Shown here piece after piece: positions 12,662 to 25,781 of a stretch of 64,000 bases of DNA. Below the pieces are notes generated by a model, which made no database searches, had not been told where the DNA came from, and was given only the letters and a program-made list of their open reading frames with translations. Origin of the DNA: Octopus vulgaris. Taxonomy: Eukaryota. The stretch's first letter is position 1. Every line of letters begins with the position of its first letter. The DNA lies in contig OX597820.1 of the NCBI GenBank assembly GCA_951406725.2, positions 113,026,001-113,090,000 on the forward strand. Reading direction: 5' to 3'. A program made the translations under genes and the position numbers.

Positions 12662-13635
12662 ACGAAGCCAATATATATATATATATGAGACATTCAGCAG
12701 TTGTGAACAATAACGTAAAGAATATAGTAACAGTAACACAACGGCTGTTATTAACAAACTATAACATCCACATGTAATTCACAATAACATGGAAAATATA
12801 AGCACTCAGACCTATCAAACAACCAGCGTATCCCATAAACAGGCAATGGTCAGTTGTTTATGGTGGCCTACCGTAAGCAACTATCTCCTGAAATCATAGT
12901 GGATAGTACTTACTTAAAACAATAATATCTTGAAGGCTGTAACAAGATCAGTATATGAACCAGCTACAAAAGAATAACATTGAGATTATTCTAAACAACT
13001 AACTCCTGCTCCTGACAAGCATAGGCATATAACAACAAACTCGAGAGTATAATAACACAATAGAAATAACAGCTACTGATTACAATAAGTGTAGATAAGA
13101 ACCAGCTCCTGATTAAGCAAATGCGGAGATAACAATCTGATCTCGATTACAGTAATACAGTGAAGATAAGAGCAAGCTTCTGATTAGAGTAAGGCAGTAA
13201 AATCTCTAACAACCAGCTCCTGATTACGATAATGCAGTAGAGATAATCATCTCCAGATTACAATAAGGCAGTGGAGATAACAACCATCTCCTAATTACAA
13301 TAATGCAGTAGAAGCTATAATAAGTAGGCTTCTGGTATCAATAATTCAGAAAAGATAACAGCAAATACCTGGTTTCAATATTGCAGTATTGTATATTAGT
13401 ACCTAATATCACGAATATAGTACACACTATAACAACTAATCCCTGATATCAATAATACAGTAGAGACAATAACTAAGACCTGACGATAACAATATAGTAC
13501 AGTCTATAACAATTAGCCTGTGATCGTATATACACCATCAAGCGTATGGATATCCATTTCGTAGTTATAAGAATATTGTGGAGACTAGCATTTATTTCGT
13601 ATTCATGATTATATTGCAGAGACTATAACTTGCAA

Positions 13636-13719
<84 letters not shown>

Positions 13720-13918
13720 TATATACATTGCAAGTGGTGGGTGTTATAGTCTCTACAATATAATCATGAATACGAAATATCTAAATGTATATATCTTTCG
13801 TTACCTTTCAAAAAAACCCTTTTCTTTTTTTATTTACAATGTGCATTTTCGTTGATTTTTCTTATTTTGCCCTTACATTTCCACGTGTATTTTATATTTT
13901 CTTCTTGTAACATATTTC

Positions 13919-13966
<48 letters not shown>

Positions 13967-14764
13967 TTATATACGCTGTTTATATTGTTGAGTCACTTTT
14001 ACAAAGATCATTTCTTGTTACGCTTAGTCGAATTGCTTTTACAGTATTGAAATTCGCTACAGGAGTGATTTACTTTTGCTATATTATTATTTGATCTCTG
14101 TTCAAAATAATAAAATATAAATAGATCATTCTTTTTTTTTTTTATCAAATTTGATTAATTTGGGGAAATAGATTTTAAATGACACCATTACAAGATACCA
14201 TATTTCGTGTCTCCATCACATTTCCTTGTCTTCTTGCAGAGATATTGGCTGAGATGTCAGCTAAGCATCTTGTGACGAGTAGCATCTTAATGAATAATTA
14301 AAAGTTTGTCATTTGACAATGTTGGAACATAGTGAAATTCCCCGTTGACAATGATTTCAGTCTTGCGGTTGATATATCGGATGGCTAAGACAGTTCTAAC
14401 ATCGTAGTATCATTCACATTATTTCATATACCTATTTAAAGATGAGTGTATATTTGGAAGGTTGAGGGATATAGATCTATGCTAGAATGTTACCCGGCAC
14501 ATGACAAATAACATTAGAGGCATACATTTTCCATTATGGATAGTATCACAAAACATGGCACGCACACACAATAATCATAATTTAACTTCTTATCAAATTT
14601 CTTGGCTTATACAAAATGATGAAATGAATAATTTTCAAAAGAAAAATCTTTATAACCTTCAGATAGAATAAAATAAAATAAATTTCTCATTTTTATCCTT
14701 CCTCCCATAACTATTCTGTTTGTACTGCCTCTTCTCCTCCCGCTATCAAGCGCCTAATTATGTA

Positions 14765-15775
14765 TTGGGTTGACCTAAACGTTCGTTCAGCTTTATAAGC
14801 AAAATGGCACACACGTTTCAAACACAAAACGATTTATTCAATCTATGATATAATTACCGCCTCGTTCCTGTATCTCCAGCTATTTTGTGGGCACATCCAT
14901 TATTCTTTGCTCGAAGATTTTCCTGTCTTTATTGACGAAAAACTCTTCCTGGTGAATTTATACGTCGGCTTTAGAGTTGAAGGTCTGTCTCTTCAATGAA
15001 TTTTGCAGAGACCAAAACAAGTGGAAATCTGAAGGTGCAAGGTCGGATTGAATATGGAGGGTGCGGTAAAACTTCCCAGCCAAGCCCCAGTAACTACTTC
15101 CACGTCTGCAAAGAAATGTGTGGTTTGGCATTGTTATAATGAAAAACAACACCCTTACTATTTAACAAGCTCTGTACGCTTCTCGTGGATAAATGCATTT
15201 AATTTGTCCAGCTGGTAGCAGTACACATTTGAATTGCTGATTCTGTCCGCATGAAGAAGCTCGTTAAAGACAACACCCTTCCCTTCTCACCAAACTGAAA
15301 GCATAACCTTCTTCGGGTGAAGTCCTGCTTTGGAGGTTGTCTGTAGTGGTTCGCTGCACTTTATAATATCCTCTATGATCGTTCGTACTTCACATTATTA
15401 TTGACGATTTATTTTTCGTCACCTGTCATAATTCTGTTCAAAAAATGCTTCAAGTTTCTGCAACGAATTGCAGATGGAAATCCATTGGGCGAGGTTATCC
15501 CCACTTGATTGATCCGGGGTCACAAACATCGATCCCAATGACGTAACCAAGTTGGCACAGATGATTTTCAATATTCGATCTGCATATTTGGAGAATATCT
15601 GCAATCATCCGGGTGTCGACTAACTCCTTCATTTTGTCGTTATCAATCTCAAGAGGCCGGCCAGAGTCAATACCAAAAGATTTGCCGATCGAAATCGTGT
15701 AAACCACTTCTGGAACTCACATTCTGCAACAGCACCCGCTCCGCACACGATATCTTCCTGCATCTCGGAGGTTAA
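14765..15775 (-). mobile_element. Degenerate mariner transposon
   Basis: TA|TTGGGTTG terminus; SDLAPSDFHLFWSLQNSL (YSPDLAPxD motif) and SGRPLEIDNDK fragments; stops and frameshifts. Confidence 0.85.
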
Positions 15776-16283
15776 CTTTCTCTGTGTCTCTCTTTTACTC
15801 CCCACCCTTTCTCTCTTTATATGATATAAAGCGTGACTTGAGAAGAAAGCAACTACCGTAAATCCTCGAGTATAGTCCGCCCTTCAGTATAATACGCAGG
15901 GGATTTTTAGGGGCTGTACCTCTGAAAAAACTAAACCTTGTGTATAATACGCACCCCTTCTCTAACTTGAGTCAAGGAGGACTATATAACGTCCTTGGTG
16001 TGTAAAAATGTATACGGTAACGTCTTTTATTAATATTGTATATCTATATATATAAAACTGATAATGTGTGTGTGTCTGTCTGTGTGTTTCCCTAAAACTT
16101 GAAAACTAGACAACCAATTTCATTCAAATTTTACACATGCCTTACTTAGGATCCATGTAGTGTCATTGGCAAAAAAATGTTTAACTTCTTGCCTAGGGCG
16201 AGCCCACAGCAATATCATATCTTCACTATTTCAGTATTATGTGTAAAAAGTGAAACAAAAACATCTTTCTATTGTATGTATAT

Positions 16284-16339
<56 letters not shown>

Positions 16340-16551
16340 CAATGATAAATATCAAAGTGAGTTATATACAGTAGCGGTAACACATCGTGACGTATTTTTG
16401 CCATTTCAATATGGCTAACCCCTAAGGGTGGATGCTACTGTAGTTTTTAGCCCCAGGAGGACACACTCCTCCAGCTGGCCATAGACACACTATCTGTGTC
16501 CTGTCAGTATTTGCAAAGGGAAGTCATCCTTCCCGTCTTCAACTTATGATA

Positions 16552-16596
16552 CACACGGACTCGAGTTTCGAGGTATTGACCTCTCGTCAGCGTGTG
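16552..16596 (-). ncRNA. Type I hammerhead ribozyme, copy 1
   Basis: Minus strand cacacg-CUGACGA-gaggu caau accuc-GAAA-cucgag-UC-cgugug. All core nucleotides are canonical; GUC cleavage is predicted between 16558 and 16557. Confidence 0.9.
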
Positions 16597-16904
16597 ACAA
16601 TCATAGTTGTCGCCGAGAATTAGATTTCCTTCACAAATACTTATACTTTTTCCAGCGTCCACTGTCGCTGATATTGAAAAAGTGAAATCAAACAATGATA
16701 AATATCAAAGTGAGTTATATACAGTAGCGGTAACACATCGTGACGTATTTTTGCCATTTCAATATGGCTAACCCCTAAGGGTGGATGCTACTGTAGTTTT
16801 TAGCCCCAGGAGGACACACTCCTCCAGCTGGCCATAGACACACTATCTGTGTCCTGTCAGTATTTGCAAAGGGAAGTCATCCTTCCCGTCTTCAACTTAT
16901 GATA

Positions 16905-16949
16905 CACACGGACTCGAGTTTCGAGGTATTGACCTCTCGTCAGCGTGTG
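16905..16949 (-). ncRNA. Type I hammerhead ribozyme, copy 2
   Basis: Identical to copy 1, 353 bp away. Confidence 0.9.
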
Positions 16950-17376
16950 AAACTCGAGTCCGTGTGTATCATAAGTTGAAGACGGGAAGGATGACTTCCC
17001 TTTGCAAATACTGACAGGACACAGATAGTGTGTCTATGGCCAGCTGGAGGAGTGTGTCCTCCTGGGGCTAAAAACTACAGTAGCATCCACCCTTAGGGGT
17101 TAGCCATATTGAAATGGCAAAAATACGTCACGATATATATATATATATATAATTATATATATATATACATGTATATATATAGGTGTATATGTATACATGT
17201 ATACGTATAGCTGTATATGTATAGATGTATTTCTATAGATATACATGTATGTGTATACATGTATGTCTAGATGTATATATATATATAGATGTACATGTAA
17301 TATGTACACATATATACACATATATACATGCATACATATATACACCCATACACATATACACACACACACATACATA

Positions 17377-17690
17377 GGTGCAGGTGTGGTTGTGTGGTAA
17401 CAAACTTGGTTCCAAAACACATGGTCCTCAGATCAGTCCCACTGTGTAGTAACTTGGCTTGTGTCTTCTGCTATAGCCTCAGAACAACCAAAGCCTTGTC
17501 AGTGGGTTTTGTAGGCAGAAACTGAAAGAAATTCATTGTATATATATATGTATGTATATATGTAAGTCTATGTGTGTTTCTTTGTGTTTCTCCTTCATCA
17601 CTGCTTCACTGCTGTTCATTTATTTACATCCACATAACTTACTGGTTTCACAAGAACAAACTAATAAACAAACTAAAAAAGCACTAGGCT
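17377..17690 (+). mobile_element. SINE family A, degenerate
   Basis: ggtgcaggtgtggttgtgtggtaa...gtgtcttctgctatagcctc...aactgaaagaa. Confidence 0.7.
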
Positions 17691-17744
17691 GTGTCTCAGT
17701 TGTATCTATCAATTTATCTTTGTATGTGTGTGTATATATATATC

Positions 17745-17909
<165 letters not shown>

Positions 17910-18948
17910 CACCCTATTAACTCCCAAATTTTAGTCATTTCTTTTATGATCCAAAACTAGGACTAAAGTACTGAATGGATCTTTATGAAATTTGGAAATT
18001 ATATTCTATGCATAAGGGCCATATCCCCCATGACAATTCATATATTTTTGCTGTTGATGAAATTTTAACCATAGATATTAGACACAAATGAAGTACTATT
18101 TATAAAATTTCATCTTCTTACAAGTTAGAAAGACCCCGCCATGGGGACTTAACACCCACAGTTTTGTCATTTTATCTAAGCAAAAACGAATACAGTTGTG
18201 CTCTTGGAAGCTGTAGGGTTACCCGAGCATAAAAGTTGAGCATTATTTCTAATTCAATGGTACAACAGTGTAACGGTTTGCTTTGACATACACTTACATT
18301 GTAATTTCTGCAATGTGCTGCATAAATTGTCAAGTAAATGAGAGGCATCTTTGCCTCCACTGATTCAGTTGCAAAGTGTTGAGTAAAGTTATTTGATTGC
18401 AGACCTCCTTTCAGTCTTTTTATTATCACTCGGTCACACATAGTCTCCAGATGGTAACATTGATATTAAGGCCTTCACAGATGAGTGACTGGTTATTCAA
18501 AAACATTTATAGATTTTAAATTTATTCTGTCCAGTTACGTATCAGTATAGTGGTCATTTGCAAACTCCAGAGGTGACACTTTCATTTCTCCTTAGCCCTC
18601 ACGTCACACAGTTGTTAATGTTTATTTCGGTTGGGTCACGCCCTTCCAATTCCTATAGATTCGTAATGCATCTTACGGCTGTGCTTGTCGTCACCTGGAT
18701 GGTGAGGAATCCTACATTGGGAGTGGTAATGACTAGGGTAGGGTAACTGACTGCTGACTGCTTATCAAATAACATTGCCGGACAGCAAATAAAGACTCAA
18801 ACATTGCTTAGAAAATAATTTTCATTTTTAACCTCGTGTATAATACGCACTAGGGATTTTGACCTTTAAATTTTGAGAAAAAATGCAGATTATACTCGAG
18901 GATTTACTGTAACCAAAATTGACATCGGCTATTATCAAATAGATACGC

Positions 18949-19140
18949 AAGGCGGCGAGAAGGCAGAATCGTCAGTACGCCGGGCAAAATGCTTAGCGGT
19001 ATTTCGTCTGTCTTTACGTTCTCAGTTCAAATGTTGTCAAGGTCGACTTCGCTTTTTATCTTTTCGGGGTGGGGGTGAAAAATTAAGTACCAGCTGTGCA
19101 CTGGGGTCGATGTAATCGACTGACACCCGTCCACCGGAAT
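18949..19140 (+). mobile_element. SINE family B
   Basis: aggcggcgag...ccgggcaaaatgcttagcggtatttcg...ggtcgacttcgc...aagtaccag. Confidence 0.8.
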
Positions 19141-19734
19141 TTCATTATATAGATACGCGTGCGTGTCTGTACGTTGGATCATTTCAAGTGGTACTGGTGT
19201 TTAGATAAATTATTCGTCTATTTTTTAAATTTAATATTTTGATTTAAACACACATTCCTGTTTCTTAATCTAAAGTTGTTGGAAAGGGATATATTAATTA
19301 AATTTTAGCCTGGATAACTTTTGTACAAATTAATGAATGCTTTGTTTACCAATTATCTCAGAACATCCATGATATTAGTCCCTGAGGCGACAGAATCAAG
19401 TCGAAACATCATACCTGGCGATCAATCAACGTCCTGAGCGAAGCTAATGCTGTTTTAACACACAAATCTCTTTGAGATACTCCTCTGAGACAATAAATAT
19501 ACTACAGCTAGTGCTGATCCACGCTTGTGTACACATTATGAAATGTTATAGACACAAATATTTGTAATCTAAGACTGTTTTCAAATGTTGATATTAATTT
19601 TATTCCACTGAGGTCGACTTTGTCGCTCATCCTTTCGGGGTTGATCAGTATCAATTGAGCACTGGGGTCAATGCAATCGACTGGCCCCTTCTCCTACAAA
19701 ATCTGAGGCCTTGTGCCTATAATAGAAAGGTTTG

Positions 19735-19770
<36 letters not shown>

Positions 19771-20323
19771 GAGTGAGAGAGCAGTTCATGCCATCAAAGT
19801 GACACTGGGGTAAAATATACGAAGCCCAATATACCCATCATGACTACCCGTCTGATAAGGGTACACCAGGCACATGCATCACAACCATATGTGCGCGACA
19901 TGGTGATCTCATATCAGATTAACAGCACATGACCTTGCAGGTGGGGCCCAGTTAGAAAGTTCTTCAGGTTGAGTAGCCCATCCCGCTCAAAAGGTCCCTG
20001 AATAAGGGTTGTTTAAGGATGTTGAAAGAACCACCCATGTTTCCAGAGGTGAATTATTCAAACCCCAAAGAAACCCTCTCAACACATGGCTATGATGCTC
20101 CCCCACTACTTCTGCTCGTGATCAGAGATGCACATATCGTCAGCCACTAAGGGACATGCTCAACTGGTTAAGGTCAAACAACTGACAAGCAAATCTGTGG
20201 TATTGAGCAGAATATTTGCTGTAGCCCATCTTTTATACCAATACAAAACAATGTACATGATAACACTTCCAATCAGTTAAGATCAGAAGCCATGAGAGCC
20301 ACTGCCTGGTACTGCATCAGGGC

Positions 20324-20325
<2 letters not shown>
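19771..20325 (-). mobile_element. Family T retroposon, longest copy, embedded in (ATT)n
   Basis: (att)n on both sides; near-identical to 37139-37635. Confidence 0.85.
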
Positions 20326-20403
<78 letters not shown>

Positions 20404-20404
20404 T

Positions 20405-20545
20405 AAGGCGGCGAGCGGTAAAACTGTACCGCGGCACATCGTCCGATTATACGTTCTGAGTGCAAATTCCGTCGAGGTTTACTTTGCCTTTCATCCTTTC
20501 GGGGTCGATAAAATAAGTATCATTTGAACACTGGAGTCGATGTAG
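20405..20545 (+). mobile_element. SINE family B fragment
   Basis: ctttgcctttcatcctttcggggtcgataaaataagta core. Confidence 0.75.
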
Positions 20546-20690
20546 ATAGGAAAAAATATCATTTTTTCCTATCTTGTCTGTAATAGATTTGTGACTATTC
20601 GGTGGTATAGAGGTAATTTTTGACTTCTATCATGAGCGATATAGGTACTCATGTAGTAGCCTTGTGTATATATGTACATATCTAATATTG

Positions 20691-20734
<44 letters not shown>

Positions 20735-20825
20735 TGTTTATCTATATGTGGAATACTGTGTGATATGCATGTGTGCAGTTGTGTATATGTTTATATTCAT
20801 GTAAACGTGTTCAGAATTGTGAATG

Positions 20826-21055
20826 CAGTAATCCCTCGACTATCGCGGGTTTTACGTTCCAAAACCCTCTGCAATAAGTGAAAGTCCGCGAAGTAGAAAC
20901 AGTACTGTACTGTATATTTTATGTAATATTTTTACAATTTGTATATATTTATTTTCTTTTTTTTTAAAAAGTGCAAAATATCAACACGGAGGAATCGACG
21001 AAAGCTTAAATAATAAGTCGCGATATGTGAACCGCGATATCGAGAGGGATTATTC
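20826..21055. mobile_element. Tigger/pogo-like MITE
   Basis: Termini cagtaatccctcgactatcgcg / cgcgatatcgagagggattattc. Confidence 0.7.
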
Positions 21056-21388
21056 TATACAGAAAAGTATGGAAATGAGCGTCTGCGCGCGAGCGCGTGT
21101 GTGCGCGCACGCGTTTGTGTGCGCGTAAGTGTGTGTGTGTGTGTGTGTGTGCGCGCGTATATGTGTGTGCCTGCGTGTGTGTGTGTGTGCGCGTATATGT
21201 GTGTGAGTGCGTGTGTGCGTATATGTGTGTGAGTGCGTGTGTGTGTGTGTGTGTGTGCGCGTGTATTTTGATGCGTGTGCGTGTGTGTAAGTTAGTGAAT
21301 ATCTGACACATCTAATGTGTGCATTTATGCATGAATAGATAATGCCATTACACATATGTTCCTGTGAATGCCTGCAAGTATACAGATG

Positions 21389-21447
<59 letters not shown>

Positions 21448-21497
21448 GTATACATATGTATATGCATATACATATATATATGTGTGTGTGTACGTGT

Positions 21498-21529
<32 letters not shown>

Positions 21530-23186
21530 GCATGTGTGTAAGTATGTGTATGAATATGAGCGTGTGTAAGTATGAGCAGGTCTGCATATATGGGGATACA
21601 TATATATATATGGCTGCGTCTATGTGTCTATGCGCATGCTCATGAAGAAGTGTCTGGGTCTAGTTAGAAGGTAAGGAATCATTTCTATTTTAGGCAATCT
21701 GCCACTCTCACCCTCCAGTATATACCCTTGGGTGAATTTTTACTTTATTGGAAACACGACTTAAGCATGGACTGGATAAAGGCAATTTCCGGGTATATGT
21801 GGAGCAGTGTATGTATGCACGTGTATATGTGTGTGTGCATATACGTCGGACTTGTTTTAGTTACCGTCTACCAAATCTACTCAGAAAGCTCTGGTCGGTG
21901 CGTGGCCACAATAGAAGAAACTTGCCAAAGGTGCCACGCAGTAGTAATATATATATATATATGGGTATTTAATTATATGTATAAATGTATAAATGTATTT
22001 AAAATATACGGAAATGTATTAACCGCTGATTAGATTATCTGATATAGAACTCAATATGAATTAGAGTGGAATTTACTTAATGATAAAAAGTTACATATGT
22101 ATGCATATATGTATGTATGTGTGTATGTATGTATGTATGTATGTATGTATGTATGTGTAACAACATTTTCGATCACTTCAATTATGGTTGAAAGATATTT
22201 GTCCTGTAAAAATTGTCATTTTCACTGCAGTTTGCTATGGAGAATAATTTCCGCTTTTGGTAAATGGTGTTAAAAACCCAATTTCATATTGGAGCGCCTC
22301 CTGTGGACTAATAAATACATACAGTCAGTAGTTTATGTAAGATGAGGGAAATAATGCTTATAGATATATCAATGAAGTGTTTATAGAAAACATAAACATC
22401 GAATGACATAAAGAGTTCAAAAGTAATTCAAAAGTAGTTAAAATCTTGTGTAAAGAAAAATAGTTGGCAGTTGGTATACACAGGTTAAAAACATGGGTTT
22501 GTAATAATAGCTCACCTTAACAGTGTACGTATTAAGAAGCTTATGAGATATGTGTATTGCATGGAAATGCTAGAGGGGAACTCGTAGATAAGAATATCTA
22601 GATTAAGGAAAGTGTTGAACTAGATTATTTTTCTTTCTTAACTTTCTTCACGGGTTGAGATGAACTCCTCCATACACACTAATTTATTTTATTAAATCCA
22701 ATACTTGTTAACACTTCATTACAATGGCGTTCGGTTCTATCGAAAATATTTCTTTCTGATGGGAAATTAGATAAACTTATTCTGATGCCGGCTACTAAAT
22801 TTCTAATTATATCTAGAAGAATGTCTATGAAAATATATGGTCTCTTAGACTTTCTCTTAGATAGCTGCCTCATTTCAAGTAACATTATTCTAACTCGAAC
22901 TGTTGATACAACTAAACATAAACTATGAATGTCTGTGTGTCTGCCTGTCTGTTTATTTATCTGTCTGTCTGCTTGTCTGTCTGTTTTTTCTGTTTGTGAG
23001 CACGTATGCATGGGCAATAAAACACATATAGAATGAAAGAGTACATTATGATATACCTTGATCCAGTATAATTAAAAAAGATACTCAATGAAAAATATAA
23101 ATATTTTGAGTTTGCAACTTAAGTCTCTCGTAAGACAAATCATTGAAAAACATCCAGCACGCTGTATTAAATAAAATATGAATATA

Positions 23187-23420
23187 TATTTATTTATTGC
23201 CCACAAGGGGCTAAACACAGAGAGGACAAACAAGGGCAGACAAAGGGATTAATTCGATTACATCGACCTCAGTGCGTAACTGGTACTTAATTTATCGACC
23301 CCGAAAAGGCTGAAAGGCAAAGTCGACCTCGGCGGAATTTGAACTCACAACGTAACGGCAGACGAAATACCACTAAGCATTTCGCCCGGCGTGCTAACGT
23401 TTCTGCCAGCTCGCCGCCTT
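23187..23420 (-). mobile_element. Full-length SINE family B with ~17-bp TSD
   Basis: Complete head (rc aaggcggcgagctggcagaaacgttagc), Nin/Deu-like core and tail. TSD aataaa(a/g)tatgaatata at 23170-23186 and 23422-23438. Confidence 0.9.
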
Positions 23421-24436
23421 GAATAAAGTATGAATATAGCGCCTCGGCAACAATGAATTGTTTCGAGGCATTTATCTCACCAAGCTGATGGATTAGATGG
23501 ATCTCGTTTTTAACAAAGATGGTGTTTGTTAGGTCCAGAATCCACTGAACAAGGAAAACGTTCCGAAAACCAATGATTTTGTATCCAACGGACTACAAAT
23601 CCTCTATTGAGGCTCATGATTCATCTTGCAAAGACTTCAACATAGCAAAGACCCTGGGGACAGGGCGAGAATTACCTACACATGCCCGCGCACGGGCACA
23701 CACACACACACATACACACACATACTCTCTGACACACACTCATGCACCCTCACTTACACACGCGCTGACATATCTAGAATATGATATCTTATATGCAATA
23801 ATGTGTGCGATAAAAGCAGACCAAGAAAGAGGCACTTTGACATTTCCACTTAACGTGGAATCCTCAAACTCTGCTTCAACTTGTTCTATTATGCTAATTA
23901 TATTTTAATGATCATCACATTTTTATGCTAAGAAACTTTGATTCAGGACCTTGAAAATAAATGTTTTAATTTAATTTTTTTTTTTTTTTGAATTTTTTTT
24001 AAAAATCAGCAACTTGTAAATTTTAGAGGATTTTACAGCTGCAAAGCAATTTTGTTGTATATAAATATATTTCGTCTGCATTTGAAGCGTTTTAATCTAT
24101 TTTCTTTACATTTTAAAGCGTTTTCTTATTTCACTTTCTACGAATGTAAATTGCCGTTGTTTCACTTTCGATTTATTTAAACATGAAAATGTAATTACAG
24201 ATGTAAACGAAATGTATTTATACACTTCAGAAAAGTACTGCACTTGTACATCTTCTGACCCTAATTAATTTATGAGTTCGGAAAAATATTGTTTGAAGAT
24301 TCTGAATCCCTTATGTTAAAAAAAACTCATTTTTTTTTTTAAGAAAAAAAGAATAATAAATTTTTTCCCAGAAAGAGGTTAAAAATTCACGCTCAAATAA
24401 ATATGCCCAAAACCATTTCATGTTCTAACGTTGTTA

Positions 24437-24628
24437 CTTAATCCTTCAGCATTTAATCAGCCATATCCGGCCCAAATATCTGACATATTTTATGTTCAAA
24501 CCGGCTAGATCTGGTTTCTCACACCTTCCCGACGATGTTATTCTAAAATCACATCATCGTGATCTCAAAACTACAATATAATGCATCAGTAATACAAAAC
24601 AATGTGAATTATTAAGCATTACATTTGA
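24437..24628 (+). mobile_element. Possible piggyBac-type MITE fragment
   Basis: TTAA followed by tccttcagcattt..., a CCC-like terminus. The second end was not found. Confidence 0.3.
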
Positions 24629-24629
24629 T

Positions 24630-24880
24630 GAAGGCGCATGGCTCAGTGGTTAGAGCGTCGAGCTTACGATCGTGAGGTTGTGAGCTCGAATCCCGGACCG
24701 GGCTGCGTGTTGTGTTCTTAAGCAAGACACTTTACTTCACGTTGCTCCAGTTCACTCAGCTGTAGAAATGAGTTGCGACGTCACTGGTGCCAAGCTGTAT
24801 CGACCTTTGTCTTTCCCTTGGATAACACTGGTCGTGTGGAGAGGGGAGGCCGGTATGCATGGGCGACTGCTGGTCTTCCA
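24630..24880 (+). mobile_element. tRNA-derived SINE, family C (Meta/V-like central domain)
   Basis: A box tggctcagtggttagagc and B box gctcgaatccc, then gtgttgtgttcttaagcaagacacttta...cactcagctgta. Confidence 0.8.
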
Positions 24881-25586
24881 GTGCGAGAGAGAGAGAGGGA
24901 GAGATAGATAGATAGATACATGGACAGATGCACACGCACACACGCACATATATGCATACATATACACTCATATATATATTCAGACATATGTATATATATA
25001 TGTACAGATACATATACACATATACACACACTCAAACAAACACGCGCGCGTATGCATAACATACACAAAACACATTCACAAAGTATTCTTCATTAAGGAG
25101 CTATACCATTATTTCATGACTAATTAAAGTTTTTGTCCTCTCCTCATCCTAAAATTGACAATTCCTTTCACAATACCAGTCACTCGACGTGTTAAAAATA
25201 GCACCCAAATCTCAAACATAATTACAATCAATAATTTCTCAATTGAAAATATAAGGCATAAAAGAAAACCAATAGAGAGGGGGGGCTGCATATTGCTCTG
25301 TCGTACGATATGATTACGCATTATACTAGGTATAGACGCCAACTTATAACGCATACCGAAAAAGAACTCTTAACAATTTTACCGCTCACAGACGAAAGAA
25401 CCACTACAAGACTGCCCATCGGCTAGATATAGCAGTTAACCTCCCTCAAAACACACACATATTCTGCCTCCAACTTAAAGAGAAATTACAAATCACGTTA
25501 TTTAGTCCTCATAGATATATAAAAGTAGGGTTGTGTGATCATGATTGAAATGCTTGGGGTCATAAGGGATTTGTCGAATCAAGATC

Positions 25587-25745
25587 GCGCAGGCGTGGCT
25601 GTGTGGTAAGAAGTTTGCTTCCCAACCACATGGTTCCGGGTTCAGTCCCACTGCGGGACACCTTGGGCAAGTGACTTCTACTATGGTCACCGCCTACCAA
25701 AGCCTTGTGAGTAGACTTTGTAGATGGAAACCGAAAGAAGCCCGT

Positions 25746-25781
<36 letters not shown>

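Larger units (their letters stand above)
10600..13630. repeat. Long decayed tandem array of ~34-45-bp units, interrupted by a MITE and a SINE
   Basis: Clearest at 13075-13520 (tacaataatgcagtagagataacaaccagctcctgat variants) and 11235-11415 (ttgacaataccat...taacaact). Confidence 0.6.
16339..17134 (-). mobile_element. Hammerhead-containing 353-bp repeat (retrozyme/PLE pseudo-LTR-like): ~1.7 tandem units plus an inverted partial unit
   Basis: 16339-16691 is followed by an identical repeat from 16692 to 16949, then by an inverted copy at 16949-17134. (AT)n lies on both sides; no credible ORF. Confidence 0.9.

Noticed and set aside
13075-13520. Regularly spaced ~37-bp repeats superficially like a CRISPR array
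   Set aside because: Units are contiguous and degenerate with no unique spacers or cas genes; this is a eukaryotic minisatellite.
21006-21601. Long ORFs rich in HT, YI, CV or LSIY (also near 17.6, 32.6, 58.3, 59.2 and 62.2 kb)
   Set aside because: They are translations of (CA)n, (AT)n and (TATC)n microsatellites.
24630-24705. tRNA-like sequence
   Set aside because: It has no proper acceptor stem and continues into a SINE body, so it is a SINE head rather than a tRNA gene.
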